The notes under the pieces were generated by a model. It saw nothing but the letters and a program-made list of their open reading frames with translations. It was not told where the DNA came from and did no database searches. Positions 53,190-64,000 of a DNA stretch of 64,000 bases are shown piece after piece. Within the stretch, counting starts at the first letter, position 1. The number at the start of each line of letters is the position of its first letter. Source of the stretch: the human T2T-CHM13v2.0 reference genome, Homo sapiens; assembly GCF_009914755.1 (NCBI RefSeq), contig NC_060929.1, one strand, 5' to 3'. Position numbers and translations under genes: made by a program.

Positions 53190-54010
53190 TTCCATCTGCC
53201 ACAGCTGATTGGGTCAGGGTTGGGCCCCTGACCCAAGCCAGGTCAATCAGATCCTCTCTTGCAAACCTGAACTGAGAAACCCAGGGATGAGTATGGCAGA
53301 GGGGAAAATGCGGGAGCTTTCAAGGCCCTTGGGGAGACCTGGGTCTGGCATCCCTGTCGGTGTTGCGAAGTTAACGAGGGCTTTTCACAGAACAGAGAAT
53401 GGAGCAGCCGCTGCAGAGGGTGGCTCTGGGCCCCTGTTCCTTGAGTGCCCCCCTGTTCTTGCCATGCGTGGGTTTCCCTGTTCCACTTCAATAACCCCAC
53501 TTGAGCTTGACCCAGCTAGAGCAAGTCCCTGGCGAAGACAGTCAAATCTTGGTGGGTGGAGAAGGAGGTTTGTGGGGACAGGACAATCCTAACCTCAGTT
53601 TTTCTCTGGGGGAATGACCCTGTTTCCCTCTCCTTTTGGTCAGCAAGCTTTCATGGAGCTGACTCCATCCCTGACTCCAAAGCCTTCCTGGGAGTGGCCA
53701 CATGGCCCAGTCTGACCAATTAGAGCCCTGTATACCTCTCCTGCCCCCGCCTCTCCGCCCCCACATCCTGGCCTCCCACCGCCCCCGATCCCCGCCCCGC
53801 AGGGATGGACCAATGAGACCAGATGAGAATTCCTGGGGCTACAGGAATAAAGACTCCCTGAAAATGAAGTAAGCCCATAAGAGAAAGGCAGAGATGAGGT
53901 CCTGAATCTAGCCATGCCGGAGACTACACCCTGTACTTACCAGCTGCCCGAGCCAATGGCCTCCTGTTTTGCCTAGTCCAGTTTGGATTGTTTTCTTCCA
54001 GATGCTAACT
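53190..54010 (+). mobile_element. Old MaLR/ERVL LTR relics (MLT1-like), probably two
   Basis: gattgggtcaggg...tgacccaagccaggtcaatcag; cctgaatctagccatgcc...gagccaat...ttgcctagtccagtttggattg resemble old MLT1 LTRs. Confidence 0.55.
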
Positions 54011-54840
54011 CAGTTCCTCTCCTCCATTCAAGAAGAACAATGTAAAACATCCAGGGAAAATGAGATTTTTCTTTCATTGTTAATATTGGAATGGGTTACC
54101 AATGTAAGACTGTTTCATTTTAGGGAGTTTTTGGTTTTTGTCTTATCTCTAACTTACAGCCTTAGGGCTTCTACTGTAGATATTTATCAAAGTGGAAAGC
54201 AGCCAATTTATGATCAGAATCATAAACCTATTCCACCCCCCTTTCAAGAACATAGGATGAAACACTCCCAACTCTTCTCTTTTCAGAGCCAGATGTCCCT
54301 GGATTTCTATGTGGTTTCTTAGCATTGTCTGTGCTAAGTACCAGAGCTTGAAGATGAAGTTCATGAAGGCAGAAATGGTAGTCATTTATGTAAATTAATT
54401 TTTAAAGAGAAAGATATTCTGCTTGTAACCAGCATCAATTAATTGGATTATAAAGTTGCATTGTCATAAAACCTAACTTTCCAATCATTTTCCAGTGAAC
54501 TCCTCAGACTAGAGTCTGGGTAGGAAGAATCAAGATGGCGTGTTTGTGGTCAAGGATCTCAGGCCACACTCCCCACACTGTGCCCTGACACTCAGCATCC
54601 AGGGAAGGACCCAGCTGGGCCTCCAGGTTCTGAGTGACAGCAGTAATCTCTTGGGGAAACAGGACAGAAAGCATCCCAAGGTAAACACAATTGATAATAT
54701 TCTCCTGCATATCCCAAAACATGAGGTGTCCTAGATCTAATCTAAAACAATTCCAAGAAGCTCCAACATCATAGCTATGATTTTTAAGAATTTTGTATAT
54801 ATATACACAGAGAGACAAATATTGGAAAGAAATGTATTAA

Positions 54841-56323
<1,483 letters not shown>

Positions 56324-56344
56324 TTAAAAACTGTGGAGGCAAAC

Positions 56345-58005
<1,661 letters not shown>

Positions 58006-58217
58006 AACCTCTAAAAGACAATTCTAGAAATGATTTATTAGAATGGGGCTATAGTATGAATGTTTACTCCCAAAATTGATATGTTGAAATCCTGAGTCCC
58101 AAGATGACGGTATTAGAAGGCAGAGCTTTTGAAATGTAATTATCATTAGGGCAGAGGCCTGAGAGCTTGTTCACCCTTTCCACCATGTAAAGACACAGTT
58201 AGAAAGCATCATCTATG

Positions 58218-61015
<2,798 letters not shown>

Positions 61016-61189
61016 AAAGTGCCATCTATGAACCAGAGAGCAAGCCCACAACACACATTGAATCTTCTGGAACATTGATCTTAAACTTCCAGCCTCCAGA
61101 ACTGTGAGAAATAACTTTGTTATTTATAAGCCACCCAGTCTATGGCATTTTGTCATAGCAGTCTGGATGAACTAAGGCAAATGGCAAGG

Positions 61190-63619
<2,430 letters not shown>

Positions 63620-63646
63620 TTATCACCCCTCTATGCAGGTTGCACA

Positions 63647-64000
63647 CTGTGTTAGTCCGTGTTTGTGTTGCCATGAAGAAATACCTGAGGCTGGGTAATT
63701 TATAAAGAAAAGAGGTTTAACTGGCTCATGGTTCTTCTGCAGGCTGCACAAAAAAGCATGGTGCGGGCATCTGCTCGGCTTCTGGTGAGGCCTGTGAGTG
63801 TCTCCTAACGAGGAAGCTTCCAATCATGGCAGAAGGCCAACAAGGAGCAGGTACATCATGTGGCAAGAGCAGGAGCAAGGGAGAGAAGGAGGAGGACCCA
63901 GATTCCTTCAAACAACCAGCTCTAGCATGAACTAACAGAGCATGAACTCACTCATTACCTTGCGGAGGGCACCAAGCCATTCACGAGGGATCTGCCCCCA
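63647..64000 (-). mobile_element. MST-type MaLR LTR (runs off window)
   Basis: tgttagtccgtgtttgtgttgccatgaagaaatacctgaggctgggtaatttataaagaaaagagg. Confidence 0.85.

Overview
Human genomic DNA, recognised as the C5orf15 (KCT2)-VDAC1 locus on chr5q31. Two intact genes lie in tandem on the minus strand. C5orf15 has 3 coding exons (139+527+132 nt, 265 aa type I membrane protein) and a CpG promoter at ~14.0-14.5 kb. VDAC1 has a non-coding exon 1 in a CpG island at ~50.3 kb and 8 coding exons (852 nt, 283 aa). All exon boundaries were read by hand, are GT-AG and keep frame. The rest is dense Alu, L1, L2, MIR and MaLR/ERV LTR sequence, and most ORF-track entries are Alu or GC-island artefacts. I see no CRISPR array, tRNA/rRNA, foreign insert or convincing novel system. 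The best leads are hypotheses: (1) an in-frame VDAC1 exon 8 to C5orf15 exon 2 read-through chimera, with unusual exon 9 acceptor architecture; (2) a stop-interrupted possible relic of the mouse plasma-membrane VDAC1 leader in the intron 1 polypyrimidine tract; (3) a TGN46-like TM/tail in C5orf15; (4) a 32-bp near-perfect non-Alu direct repeat and a GC-box-rich old LTR upstream of VDAC1. Repeat boundaries and subfamilies are approximate by-eye calls.
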